From assembly GCF_018350175.1 (NCBI RefSeq), contig NC_058383.1, positions 1,178,001 through 1,242,000 on the forward strand: 64,000 bases of DNA, read 5' to 3'. Below are positions 24,260-36,599 of this stretch, in pieces. The stretch is from Felis catus. Taxonomy: Eukaryota. Under the pieces are notes generated by a model. That model had not been told where the DNA came from and did not search any database. It saw nothing but the letters and a program-made list of their open reading frames with translations. The position numbers and the translations under genes were made by a program. Position 1 is the first letter of the stretch; each line of letters starts with the position of its first letter.

Positions 24260-25260
24260 TCTAATTAGCCCTCATGTTGCCTCACTTGTCCCTAATGCTG
24301 CGCAGTCCTCTGCCCGGGGTCGTCAGGCCCTTCCTGGCCCCGTCTCTGCCGGCTCCTTCCACCCTCCGAACGCAGAAATGACTTTCCCTATCAAAATGTG
24401 CAATAAAAGCAGCGAGGCCCATTTCTTTTTTCTATTTTGAATTCTGTTAACTGACAATTTAACCTAAAATCCTCTGTATTTCCAGCTTGTACAGCTGTAA
24501 ATAGAGACTGACAGTTTATTTTCACGTCCCGGCTTGAGGGGGGTGGCGGGGGGGAACCCATTTGAAATAAATACTTGCGGGTCTCTGACAGACTCCAGAC
24601 GGGCCGTCGACGCCGGCTGGCAATCTCTGGGACCTGTCACACTCTGTGATCCGTCTTTTTACAAACACAAACGCTGCTGATTTCTTATCAAATGTAAAAC
24701 CAGCCCGGCTCTTTCTTAAATGGTTACCACGAGCATGAAATTGACATTGTGAATCACATGTGACACTGGCTTGTCTGCGCTGTAATTGATCGGTGCTTAG
24801 GAGCAGGCGCGGGGCTGCCCCGCGCCCCCCTCCCGCCGGCCGCGCCCCGGCCCCCGGCCCCAGCAGTCCTTGTCAATGGGAGAAAACTCTGAGAAAACGC
24901 CGGACTCCTGTACGTTGTGACTCCCCCCTCCCCCCCCCCCCCCCCCGCCACGATCCTCCGAGGTGTCAATTCCAATTTCCACGGCTTCATCATTACGCAC
25001 ATCAAACGGCTGTAATTGGCTGCTACAGAAATTTATCCTCCAAAAGGAGAGGGTGGGGGCGGCAGAGGAGGGAGCCACGGAGGACGAGAACGGTGGCGGT
25101 AATGAGATTTTGGAAGCCGCAGTGCCACCCCTGAGGTTGGCAGGAAGGAGAGCAGAGGCTGGCGCGTGTGGGAGCGCCTTCGCGCTGGCTAACAAAATGC
25201 CGTTTGAAAACAAGTCTGGCGGGGTGTGGGTGTCGCACAACAAGCCGCAAACACACAGCA
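24260..25260. promoter_or_regulatory. Large candidate conserved non-coding element (TALE/MEIS-motif rich)
   Basis: About 1 kb apparently non-repeat island with eight TGACA/TGTCA between 24451 and 24970, ctaattag, gtaattg twice, caataaaa and an internal C tract. Confidence 0.65.
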
Positions 25261-28200
25261 CAGGTCCAGGAACAGCCGGCCGCCTTTCACTGCCACGTCG
25301 TCGTCACGGTTACCGCGGGCGAGGCTGGCAGGCCCCCTCCCCCCACCTTACGGTTTGCACAGCTGGAGGTGCCTGTCCGCATCACACCAGCCAGACACTC
25401 GGGCGTGACTGCTGTTTAACAGGCGGGGAAACTGAGGCCACACGGAAAGCGGTGGGGGCTGCCCAGGGTCCCACAGCCAGAGTGCTGGGGCTCCTCCTTC
25501 AGGACTTTGCCTCCAAAGCGGAGGCCCCTTTGCCCTGCGTGGCCACCACTGTGCCTCCGCATCTCTGTGCCAGCCTCCCTCGCCCTGGGGGCCGCCCGCC
25601 CCTTTGTCCGGCGGGGACCTCCTGCGCTTGGGCTGGCCCTGAAATCTGAATTGTTTTCTCAGACCATGGATTTTCCCCGGGCCACCTGGGGCGTGAGCAA
25701 GTCTGTGAAGACAGAGCAGAGGCCCCGCAGTGCCCCCCGCTGCCCCTCCAGGCTCCCTCCCGCGGGGCTGGCTGCTCAGAGTGGGGGGGGGCACCCCCTT
25801 CTCACCTGTCCCAGCCCCCGGGGCCGCCCAGCCCCGGCTCAGCCTGTGACCCCAGTGCCCTGCAATTCCCACCTCGGAGCGGCGCCCACACTCCCCTCCC
25901 CTGGGCCCACGTACCGTCCAGCGGCTCCCTGGGCGAGCATATTTATGTCTCCGTGTTTCCATTTGGATTTTGTGACTGATGAAACCATGATGCTGAATTA
26001 CACGCGCAGCGATCATGCCTTGCGGCAGGCGGGCGGCAGGCTTCCCAGTGCCGGGCCGCACAGCCAGCCTCCTGCAGCTGGGGAAGCCGGCACCTCGCCA
26101 GGGCCTCCGGGCAACCTCCACACGGCAGGAGTCACCGCCCGCTTTCCAGATGGGGAAACTGAGACCACGGAGCAGATGTTCCCTGGTTGGACCCGTGACC
26201 TAGATGCTCGGGCTAGCGTCCCCTCCGCGACATCGCGTGGCCTTCGGGGGCTGCCTGAAGCATCTCAGGAAATCCAATTCGTGGAGCAATGCCTGGAAGC
26301 TTCTCGGGCCTCCTGAATGTGGAAGCCATGATTCTCCTGAAAGCCTGGCTTATTTTTGTCTCACGAGTGCTACTGTGAATGCACCACAGTGGAGTGTGTT
26401 GCTTTTTTTTTTTTTTAATTTTGCCTTGGCCCCTAGGAAGCTCAGAGCCCTATCGCAGCCTGTCTTCCCTGTGGAAAGCTTCTCCACGCTGTCCATACCT
26501 CCGGCTTCCGTCCATATCCACTCACTTGAGCGTCCCGTCTCTCTTACCGAGTTTCACATCCTTTGGGGAGCGAGGGCCCAAAAGTGCAGTGAAGACCGGA
26601 CCATCCCTGGGGCGCAGCTGTTGGGGAAGATCACGGGGTGTGTGCCCATCTGCCCCTTCCCACATGGCTGCGTGGGGCCCATCTGGGGGGTTGGCACCCA
26701 CGGTGCTTCAGCACGAGGGACGTGTGGTGTTCCTGGTGAGGGGTGGTGCTGGGGACACTCTGGGAAAGAGCGGCCCAGATGGGGCAGCTCTCAAGGAGAC
26801 CTCAGTAGAAACTGTGCAGTGAATGTTGAGTCCAGAGCCAGCGAAGACGTTTCGTTTCTTTGGCCGTCTTTGATGGAAAACGGCTTCTTACGGCACTGTG
26901 TCAAGAAGGAGTCTGTGGTCCGGTCTGAGAACTTGTCTGCCACAGGAGGTTGCCCCTGATTGGCCATTTGGGGCTGTCGGGAAGGCCAGGCTTCACCGAA
27001 GCCGGGCTTGCTGGCCACCCACCACCGCAGCCACCGTTCTTTCCCTTGACATTTCGAGAATGGTCCTCGAGCACTGCCTGGGCACCGCCCCAGCGCATCC
27101 TCCCAGGGCACACAGGAGATGCTGGACCTGGGGCCTCCCGGGTTTCTTGCGGCAGGTCTCAGAAGGGGGGACAGCTGGGGCCCCCTGTGAGCCTGAGCAG
27201 GAACCTGTCAGGGGCACACCAGAGCAGTGTGGGCTCTGAGCAGTGTGACCCCTGAGAGGTCCCCGGGAAAGAAGCGAGGCGGGGGATGGGCGGACGGGGA
27301 AGGGTGAGCTGTGGCACGGTCCTGGGCAAGTGAGTGGACCTCTCAGAACCTCAGGTATGAATCCTGAGGGCACCCAGGGTCCCAGCCTGCCTCCTTGCCT
27401 TCTGGAAAGCCACGTGGAGCCTGGGAGGTGGCTCCTGGGCTCAGGATCCACGGGTAGGGGAGGTCCCCTGCCACGGGCGTTCCCTGCCGGGCAGCTAGGG
27501 CAGGGGGATCCTCACCTTACCTGTGGCTCTTTGAACCGCAGCAGCCCCACGGGGAGATTGTCCCGTGCTAGTAGAGTGGAGATGAGGGAAACGCGGTGCT
27601 AGCCCGTGAACTTGTGCCACGGAGTTTTCCCTGTCTGCTCGGCTCGATGCTACAAGAGAGGCCGAGACCAGGCCAGCCCTGGGCAGAGAGGCTCTTGGGG
27701 TCTTAACCTCTTCCAGAAGAGTCCCCGCCTGTCCCTAGGGACTCCGAATGGCGGGGAAGAGTGTGGGCCTCGGCAAAGCCGTGCCGAAGAGGGTCGCATC
27801 CTTCCTCCGCTGGTGCAGGGACGGGGGTGCTCGCCGATGGGCAGCGGGCACTGGTGCCGGCACACTCGGGAGTGCCCCCTGGAGGTGCCGCTCCTGGGCG
27901 GCCATGCTCCTCTCTGGCCCCCTCTCTCCCCTTGCTTTCCCACCCCCAGCAGCATGCCTGAGACCACAAGACCTGGGGTTGGCAGGCACTGCAGGAACAT
28001 CTCCTACAGCCCCTCCCTCCCCTCCACGGCTGTGGAAACAGAGTCACAGGGAGTCAGGGTCGAGCACGTGACCAGACCCATCTTCCTGGCTCCCTCCCTG
28101 CTCTCCCTGCTGTTCCCTCTGCCCGGACGCCCGGATGCCCCGGAGACGTCCAGATGCTCTGCCTGGGGGCGGCGTGCTGCCTCGTGGCCCAGGCCCTGGG

Positions 28201-29267
28201 ACGGTGGAGTCCCCGGACAGGGTCGGGCCAGGCCTCTCCTTGCCCCAACAGAGAGCCACCTTAGGACGGGCAAGGCCAGGCTGGCATCTGTGAGCCAGCG
28301 GGGAAGGGAGGGGGAAAAGCCAAAACTTTAAGGTATATGGACTGTGAAATTAAATCGAAATACTCAAATAAGGAATCGCATAACAACATAAGCAAAGATG
28401 TTTACCAGGGCTTGAAGTTAAATACAGATTTTTTCATAAACCCAAACACAAAATGCAATAAAGTTCTGTGGAATGTTAAATATAATTTACAGTGGAAAGA
28501 GCACCCCTTACCACCATAAACCGTGAGCGCAACGTCCCTGTCACCGTGCGGGACAGCCGAGTTCTGCTGGCCGCTCTGCTGGTCCCGGCAGGGTGGGTCA
28601 GGCGCCGTGGCCGGGCCGCGGTGCGTGTGTCCTGCGGGTGTGCCCACGGTGGAAAGTGTTGCCGGTGGGTCCAGTGGTCTGGAGCTGGCTGCGGGTGCCA
28701 AGTTGGTCCTGCACCCAGACACAGCCGTAAAGCTCAGATTAGGGAGGATCATCTCCAAACACAGAAGCAGCCTTTGAGTAGCCGCCCCAGTGCTGACCAG
28801 TTCCTAGCCCCACCTGTCCTTGGCCTTGGGGACCTTCTCACCTAGTATGGCCGGGTGCAACGGTTCCCTACCTGGAGACACCAGCCATGGGCCGGGGGGT
28901 GGAGGCCAAGGGACCCAGTGCCCTGTTTCTGCCCCTTCTTCTCCCTCAACCACCCTCACAGGAGTGGGCCTTTGATAGTCATTTACACTGTAGAGAGAAT
29001 GAGCTCCTTTATTGTGTTCCCTCCGTCTCTGGCCGTGGAATGTGGAGTTGGAATCTGTTGACCCTGGAAATCCACTGGCATAGAAAGGGTTGCAGGGGGG
29101 AAGAGGGCTTGCCAGGAATCACCTGATTCCTGGTGAGTTCTGGTTAGAGTCTGAGTTTCTGGCCTTCCAGGCCTGGGGAGAGCAGTTGATACCAGTCAGA
29201 GTTCTTTTCTGGGGAAATGTTGCCAGTGCAGCAGGCTCACCAACCAGAGCCACACAGCCTGCACTTC

Positions 29268-29269
<2 letters not shown>

Positions 29270-29315
<46 letters not shown>
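29270..29315 (+). repeat. (TG)n microsatellite
   Basis: About 23 uninterrupted GT units. Confidence 0.97.
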
Positions 29316-29320
<5 letters not shown>

Positions 29321-30469
29321 TGCAGGTGTGTGTGACACGTATCTGGCTGGTGGGCCGACTGTGTTCTAGAGTCTGTGTGAATGTAAGCACACCCGCGTGT
29401 TACTCGGGCGTGGCAGGGGTTGGCGTGCACCCAAGCAGCTGTGGACCCCGCCTCCCTGAACTGAGAGGTGGTTCTGTGCAGGCAGGCAGTCCAGGAGGGT
29501 GTGGGCTGGAGGGGGACCCTTGCCCCTGGTGCCGTGTACCTGGGGCACTGCCCCGCCCAGGGCTGCCTCAGGCGGGACGGACGGCCTTGTCTCGGCCCCA
29601 GGGAGCTCAGCCTGGCCACGAGCCTGTGCGTCGGGTTTCCGGCCCACGGTTGGGGGTGGGGGGGTGGGGAGAGGGAGGTCTCGTAGCACATCTCTCTCCT
29701 CTGTGGTGGCCCTGCCCCTGTGGTTCACCGGCCCACCCCATCCATAGGCCAGCCTCGGCCGAGGACCGTGGGCACGACAGTTGAGGCTGGAGGAGCCGGA
29801 CGTGCTGCCCTCACCTGCACGGCCAGGTGGGCCGGGCAGTGGGGAGGACCAGCAGAGCAGAGGCCCCCGGGGCAGGTCTGTCTGCCTGGGCTCAGGTCCA
29901 GCCGGGTGCCTGTTGGGTGGATTCTGAGGAGGCAGCCGGGTCACTGTCCACGGGGCGCTGGCAGAGGGGCACGGGGGTCCCAGGCACGATGGGCTGCCCG
30001 CCTCTGACCGGCGCCCTCCGCTCTAAGCCCCGCCACCCCCCCCCAGCAGGAGCAAGCATGTAGGCTCCATCTGCCCAGCTTGTACTGAGTTCCCTGTCGC
30101 CTGCCAGGCCCCAATCTGGGAATCGGGGCCCCAGGACCAGATGTGGCCCCTGCCCTCCGGGGGCCCCCTTCCTGAGGGTGGAACAGAGGAGACAGTCATG
30201 GCCGTGTGGCCAATTGATTTCTGTCCTCATCAGCCCGGCCCTGGGGAGGGGCGGGGCCCAAGATGGGCCAGCTGGGTCCCCAGGCCTCAGGGTTCTCCAG
30301 GCAGCCCTGTCAGGGTGGACGGTGTCCAGCCCAGGGCAGCGGCCCCTGCAACGTCCTGCCTGCCTCCCACCGTCCCTCCCGGGGCCGTGCCCCTCCGTCT
30401 GCCCGCAAGCTGCCTGGTCATTCTTGAGTTTCCAGGAGGCCGGTGGCCCTTCCCCAGACTCCCAGCCCC

Positions 30470-30630
30470 CTGATTTACGTGCTGCTGCACGGACTGTTTT
30501 CTTTAAAAACAGGATGGATATGAGAAAAACAACAACACTCCAAAACCACACTTAACGTGTGGGTCGGGCTGGCTCGTTAGCACTGAATAATCGAGCCTCA
30601 ACCACACCACGGGGAAACGAAAATAAACAA
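30470..30630. promoter_or_regulatory. Candidate conserved element
   Basis: TGATTTAC (30471), A-rich block, aaataaaca (FOX). Confidence 0.35.
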
Positions 30631-31134
30631 CACACACCAAGCACTCAGGACCCCGGCCGCCATCCTTGGGGCGCACACTCAGCACCGGGTACCAGGGCCC
30701 CGGGGACGGGGACCTCTGTCCTCCCGTCGGCCAGGGCAGGAGCGCGCCTCGGCGGGGCGTCTTCGCTGGGTGCCCGCCCTGGGAAAGGTCACTTGGAGGT
30801 GGCACTCCCCAGGGGGACAGGCCTCCCGACCCCTCCCGGGGAGGAAACCCTTTGTGTCGAACCCAGACCCTGCTGTAATTTAAGCTTGCTTCCTCCTGCT
30901 CCACCCTCGGTTAACATGGGGAACAGCTGGTCACCTCTCTTTCTCTAATAAATCCCGTCCGGCCACGCTGCCGGGAGCGCACCCGCTCCGGGCTCTGGGA
31001 GTCGGAAGGGGGCCCCCCGAGAGCGGACCTAAGCGGCCCGCCGTCCCCACTCGCCCACCGCCTTTGTGCGGGCGGTGGGGGTCCGCGGGCTGGCGGGAGG
31101 GTCGGGGTCCGGGGGGCGGCACTGTCTCCTTTGT

Positions 31135-31620
31135 GCAGCCAAGTTCCCGGCGCATTGTGTACGGGCCGAACTTTAGCTCACAATTTGGGATTAGAGCAAA
31201 TCCGAGTATTTTTCTGCATGCCTGCCCGCTCCCGGGCGCCCAGGGCCTGCTGGGTAACTGCCTATTATCCGCCGGTTCCACTCCAGTGCCCTCCCCAATA
31301 AAACTTTTCATATCCTTATAAACGAACTCGATTGCCGTGTTATAAACATTTACACTGTGCTAACAGATCATCTCCGCACATCAGAATTGGCTAAATTCCC
31401 TTTTCCAGATGAATATATTGAAGGAGATTAGAGATATGATAGCTTTTCAGATTGCTGAACCCAGAGAAATTAGTTTAGTGAGCATTTACAGAGGCTAAAT
31501 TGGAACCATTAAATAGTGGATTAAATTGATGGCACTTTCATTGTCTGTCCTTCGGTACCGCTGTAAAATCAATTAGCCGTCACCAGCCCATTCTCCATAT
31601 AGTGATATTGTCATCCTCCC
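31135..31620. promoter_or_regulatory. Candidate conserved non-coding element / enhancer
   Basis: AT-rich island with CCAATAAAA (31295; HOX13-type), ttataaac twice, GGATTA twice, CATTGT twice and caattag. Confidence 0.6.
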
Positions 31621-34600
31621 TGGAAGCTGATGCAAAACCTACCAGAGGCAGGCGAGGGTGTGAAAACACACCTATTAGGTGGTGTGGCAGGAAACAGCGT
31701 CGGACCGGGGCTGCCCGGGGAGGACCCCGCCTGCTGCCCCAGCGTCACCGACTCCCCGGGGCCGCGTGCACGTGCATGTGCACGTGCGTGTGCGTGTGTC
31801 GAGGGCTGCCCGTAGCTCTCCCACTGGAGGCCGCGGGGACAGGCGAGGGCGTGCCTGACCCCGTCCTCTGCCTCTGAGTGACCCCGTAAGTCGGGCCAAA
31901 GGTGGCACGTGTCTTCAGGGAAGCAGAGTCACGGAGGCAGCAGGTGCGGAGGATGCAGGAAGGTGGGCTGCCTGGCAGTGGTTTGCAGGTTGCACACGAG
32001 TGTGCAATTCTTGCCGCCACAGCCCGGGGCCGGTAGCCCTTACAGATCCTGGGTCTGAACAGAGTGTCAGGGCTTGGAGCGGGAGGTCCCCCTGAGCGCT
32101 CCCTGCAGCCCTGGGAGGCAATGTCTTGTTCCCATTCCACAGAGGAGGAAACTGAGCCTCAGGGGTCCACAAAATCCAGGGCTGGTGTGAGGCTGCTCTC
32201 CAGCCTTGAGTGGCCGCCTTGCGGGAGACCCTTGGGCCATGCTGACTTCTGGGGCTCGGGATCAGGTGAACCTCGGGGCAGAGAAGCCAGGTCCCAGGGA
32301 CGAGCAGATGGCTTCACAGCCAATCGGGGTGTGAGTGTCTTGGGGCGGGAGAGGCCAAGGTGGGGGCGCCCCGGGGTGAGGGCAGGGAACACCCTGTCTT
32401 GGGCCGGCGCCCCACTTGCCCCGAGGACTCTAATGGTCAGCACGAGAACTTGGGGTTGGGTGGCTCACCACTGCCTGTGCCGACAGGGAGACTGAGATGC
32501 AAACACACGGCGGGTAGCGATGCCTGGCCCCGTCCTCTTTGATAGACCTGGTTTGTGATCAGTCTGATTGGTTTCAACCAGTGGACGCGCGCGCCTTCCA
32601 GAAGCCGGACGACAGGACCGTGTGCGGGCGGAATGGGGTGGGGTGGCTGGGTCCCTCTCTTCGTGGCACCCAGGATCTGAAGGTGGCCTTCAGTCCCCCT
32701 GAGCTCAGCTCAGAGGACACCTTCTCCGGGAAGGCTGCTGTGACTCCTCCGCCCCTCAGTCCGGGCTGCTGGGCTTCCCCCCGTCACGGTGGCCGTAACA
32801 CTGGGTAGGAAATTCTCTGTGTGCCTCCCCAGTCTGCACCGGCGCCCAGCACAGGGCCAGCCCCCTTGGAGGGTGGGAGTAGCAGTCAACTCTCGCCACC
32901 GGGCAGGTCGGCAGGAATAGGAAAGGGATGTAGGAGTCCAAGGCCAAGAGAGGGAAGGCCTGCCTGGGGGGCGGGGCTGCGGGAGCTGACCAGGACAGCC
33001 GTGGCCAGAAGGCACGTGGGGCCTTGGCGGCCACGCAGGAGATACGAGAGCCCCGTGCACACACGTCCTGCATGCTACAGTCTGTAAGTGTGACCTTTCT
33101 CATCCCTCCTGTCAGTCTGGGAAGGTCGCCAGCTCCGTTGTGCAGATGAGGAAACAGGAGAGTTTCTGGGTGGTCAGGGCCCAGCAGCAGGGCAGCTTGG
33201 GGCTGGACTTCCACCCAGGGGCCCAATTGCCCCTCCCGCCCGCCCCTACAGGTGCCCTCTGGGGCCTGGCCTGAGCTCAGCCCTGGGGTGCCCTGCCCCA
33301 ATAGCACGGGACCCCTTGCTTCCCCTCCCTTCCTTGCTCACGTGGCCTGATGCCCTGGGAGGCTCTATCCCCCTCACCTCTGCGGCCCGAGGCTGTCCCT
33401 CTGCTTCCCCGGGCCAGGAGGGCTGTCCAGCAGGGCCTCAGCAGGATGGAAGGAGGCTGGGGGGATACGCTCTCCTTGCGGCCGAGATCTAGGCAAATCC
33501 CGTAGATTCGGGCTGAGCTCCCGCAGGCAGTGCCGGGGCCTTGCACTCGGGTCTGCGGGTGTGTGTGTGTGTGGAGCCCACAGGGGCCCAGGCAGAAAGT
33601 GGACAGAGTGGGCCCACGGGCAGGGAGTGGGGGCCCTCCTGAAGGTCTGCCCCTGGGCGAGGCGCCCCTTAGCTGGCCCCTTGGGAGGGTGCCGAGGACG
33701 AGCTGCTGGACAGGGTGCTGAGCTGCCCGTGCCGGGAGGAGTACAAGCTGTGTGGAGCAGACAGAGCTTAGCCCCAAGCCTGTAGGTGTTGAGGCCCCCC
33801 CCACTGAGGAAACGGGGTGCCTGGCAGTGCCCTGCACAGTGCTGGGCACACACATGCAGAACCTCAGGGGTCGGGGGGGGGCCCAAACCCCTGCTCCTGG
33901 CCCCTGCAGGGTCCCAGCACCCTCCCTGTCCTCACCTTCCTGACCCCTGACTCCGGCTGCTGTGAGAACCGGCAGCCCCCCAGGCTGGCTGAGAGGCCCC
34001 TGTTCCAGCAGATTAGCACCCCCCCCCAAAAAAAACACACTGTGGGTTTCATGTGAGCTCAGCAGGGGGGCGGGAGGCCTCAGAGCAGAGAAGGGGGCTG
34101 CTTCTCTGTGGGGAGGGGCTGTGGGCCTGTCAGGTCAGGTGACACGTTGGCATGGAGATAGGTGCTCTGGAGCCTGGTGGGAGGTCAGGTCGGGGCCCCG
34201 TGCACGGCCGGGGTTCTGCACCCAGCGCGGGCCATGGGCAGGGGCCAGGCGGGGAAGTTTGCAAACTGCTCCCTGTGTCTCTAGGCTCCACTGAGGCCCG
34301 GGAGAGGACTCCTTGTCCCATTTAATAGCTGGGGAAACTGAGGCTTGGGAAAAGGAGGGATTGGCCTGGGATCTCAGATCACGGGTGAGTGGCCCCTCTG
34401 GGACCCCAATTCCAGGCGGCTGGCAGGTGCCGGCCATGGGGCCACATCCTTATTTTTCAGATGGGAGAACCTGGCCCAGAGAGGGTCAGGGGCCTTTCAA
34501 GTTCACACAGGAAGCCAGTGGCAGTGGAGCCAAGTCACAGGCCAGCCTCCTGCCCCCAACCAGGGCCCCTCCAGTGGGGGCCCATGCACCCCTCCCTGCT

Positions 34601-36139
34601 GCGAGCCCACCCCCCATCCCCTGGGCTGGGAGGAGGATAAGGTTTCTGGGCAGCTGTGGGGTGGGTGCAGTGGGGTCAGGTGCAGGGGTGGGGGGCGGGG
34701 GAGGGCGGCACGGGCAGGTGAGAAGACCAGCCATGGGAAGTTCTCACGAGCACACGGATGACCCGGCCCGCCCCCAGCCCGCCGGCCCTCTGGCCACTGA
34801 CAACTGATACTTAGAGTGGCCAGGCCTTTCTGAGCACGTGTGGTCCAGCTGCAGTGGTGAGGCCCCGCCTGGGGGAGGGCGCTGGGGGCCCGTGTGCTCG
34901 TCCCTCTCCCGTCTGTGTGCATAGCGGGCGCCGTGTCTGGGTACCGACAGTGCTTTCGGGCCTGGGCTCCGGGGGGCTCCTCCGTGTGCTGCCCTGGGGA
35001 CACCCCCATGGCTGCAGCCCAGATCCAACTCACCGGGTGAGTGGCTTTGCCCCTCTGGGCCTCAGTTTCTCCTCCAGGACCCTGGGCTGAGACGTCTCCC
35101 TCCTTGTCTGGGGGCTGTGGGGAGGCGGGTGAGCCCGGCCCCGAGGCGTGGCCGGACGCAGATGAGCAAACAAGGTGTGCTGTGCTTGTCAGGCTGGTCA
35201 CAGATGGAGTGTCCCGCTCAGCCCCCAGGGGACGTCAGTGGCTCGTGGGGAGGGGCCTGGGTCTCGGAGCCTTTCGTCACCTGGCCACTGGCTCCAGATT
35301 CGGGACGGGCTTCATCTGGCCGTGATGGATGGCCACAGCGATGGACTGAAAGTTTGGGAGAACCGAGGCAGAGCTCTGGAGAACCCAGTTAGGGGCTCGA
35401 AGACTCAGGATGCAAGAGAGGAGGGCGCCTGGCCTGTCTGTCCATCTGTCTGTCCAGGCTGCGTCCTGAATGCAGCGGGAGGGGCTGGAGGACACCGGAG
35501 GGGTTCTGAGAACATTTTCTGGAATGTTTGGATGAGTGGGAGGGCCTGGCCAGCCACCACGGACATGCCAGGTGAACAGGCCACCACCGTCGGTGTGCGT
35601 GGCCCTGCTGGGTCCCTGAGGATGTGGCCGTGTCCCGGGTGGAGCAGGGCCCAAGAGGCCACCATCCAGGGATCCCTCTGCATGGCCCCTTCCTTTCTCC
35701 TTCCGGCCAGAGGATATCTGTGGCTGCTTTGGGAAAGCTGGCCCCCCGGCCAAGGTCAGAACAGCCTGCCTACCAAGGACACAGGGGCCTGGCTTCCTTC
35801 GAACCCCTCCCCGTGGGGTGCGGCGTGATCCCGCAAGACAGAGGGAGCCCAGAGCCCGCTATCCATCTGCCAAGGGGTGGAGGGAAGCCGTGGTCTAGAG
35901 CACCTGGCACCCCTAAGCCACAGCAGATTAACCACAGTTCTGCCTCCCACGTGGCCTTCGGGGTTCGTGTCTTCTCAGGTAAAGCCACCTGACTTCGAGT
36001 GTGGGGAGAGGGACTCGGGGTGTCAATGAGACGCCCTTGGAGGCAGGGCCCGCGTCAGAGGCAGCGATGGGTGCCAGCTCTGCAGGGTGCAGGTTTGAGA
36101 CACAAGGAGCCGGTGTTTCCAAGTCTCCCCCACTGGGTA

Positions 36140-36530
36140 TTCAATTTGTTCTTACTTATTTGGGGGGTAAAATACACATGACATAAAATTGACCATTTGA
36201 ACCACTTCTAAGTGAACAGTTCAGGGGCACCGAGCAGATTCACGATGCTGTGCGGCCGTCCCACCGTCCGGCTCCAGAACGTCCCATCTCCCCACACTGA
36301 GACTCTGTCCCCGTTACACACGAACCCCCCCACCCCCGTTCCCCCAGACCTGGGCCCAGCGTCTACTCTGTGTCCATGAGTCTCATGACCCCGGGACCTC
36401 GTGGGAGTGGGTCGCAGTGCATGTCCTTCCTTGTCTGGCTTGTGTCACTCGACATCACATCCTCCGTATTCATCCACATGGTAGTAGGTGTCAGAACTTC
36501 CTTCCAATTTAAGGCTGAAGAAACTTTCAT
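36140..36530 (-). mobile_element. L1MB-like 3' end fragment
   Basis: ggtaaaatacacatgacataaaattgaccatttgaaccacttctaagtgaacagttcag ... ttccttccaatttaaggctgaa. Confidence 0.85.
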
Positions 36531-36599
36531 TACAAAGAGAAGAATCTGGAGAAACCCAGAAGGCATCAGCATCACCCGTGACGGGGCAGACACCCCAGG

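Noticed and set aside
24963..25649. 228-aa ORF overlapping the large AT-rich island
   Set aside because: Non-ATG start, no recognisable homology, and it runs into a MIR fragment
29112..29133. Perfect 10-bp inverted repeat ccaggaatca-cc-tgattcctgg
   Set aside because: One such hairpin is plausible by chance in 64 kb, and there is no supporting context
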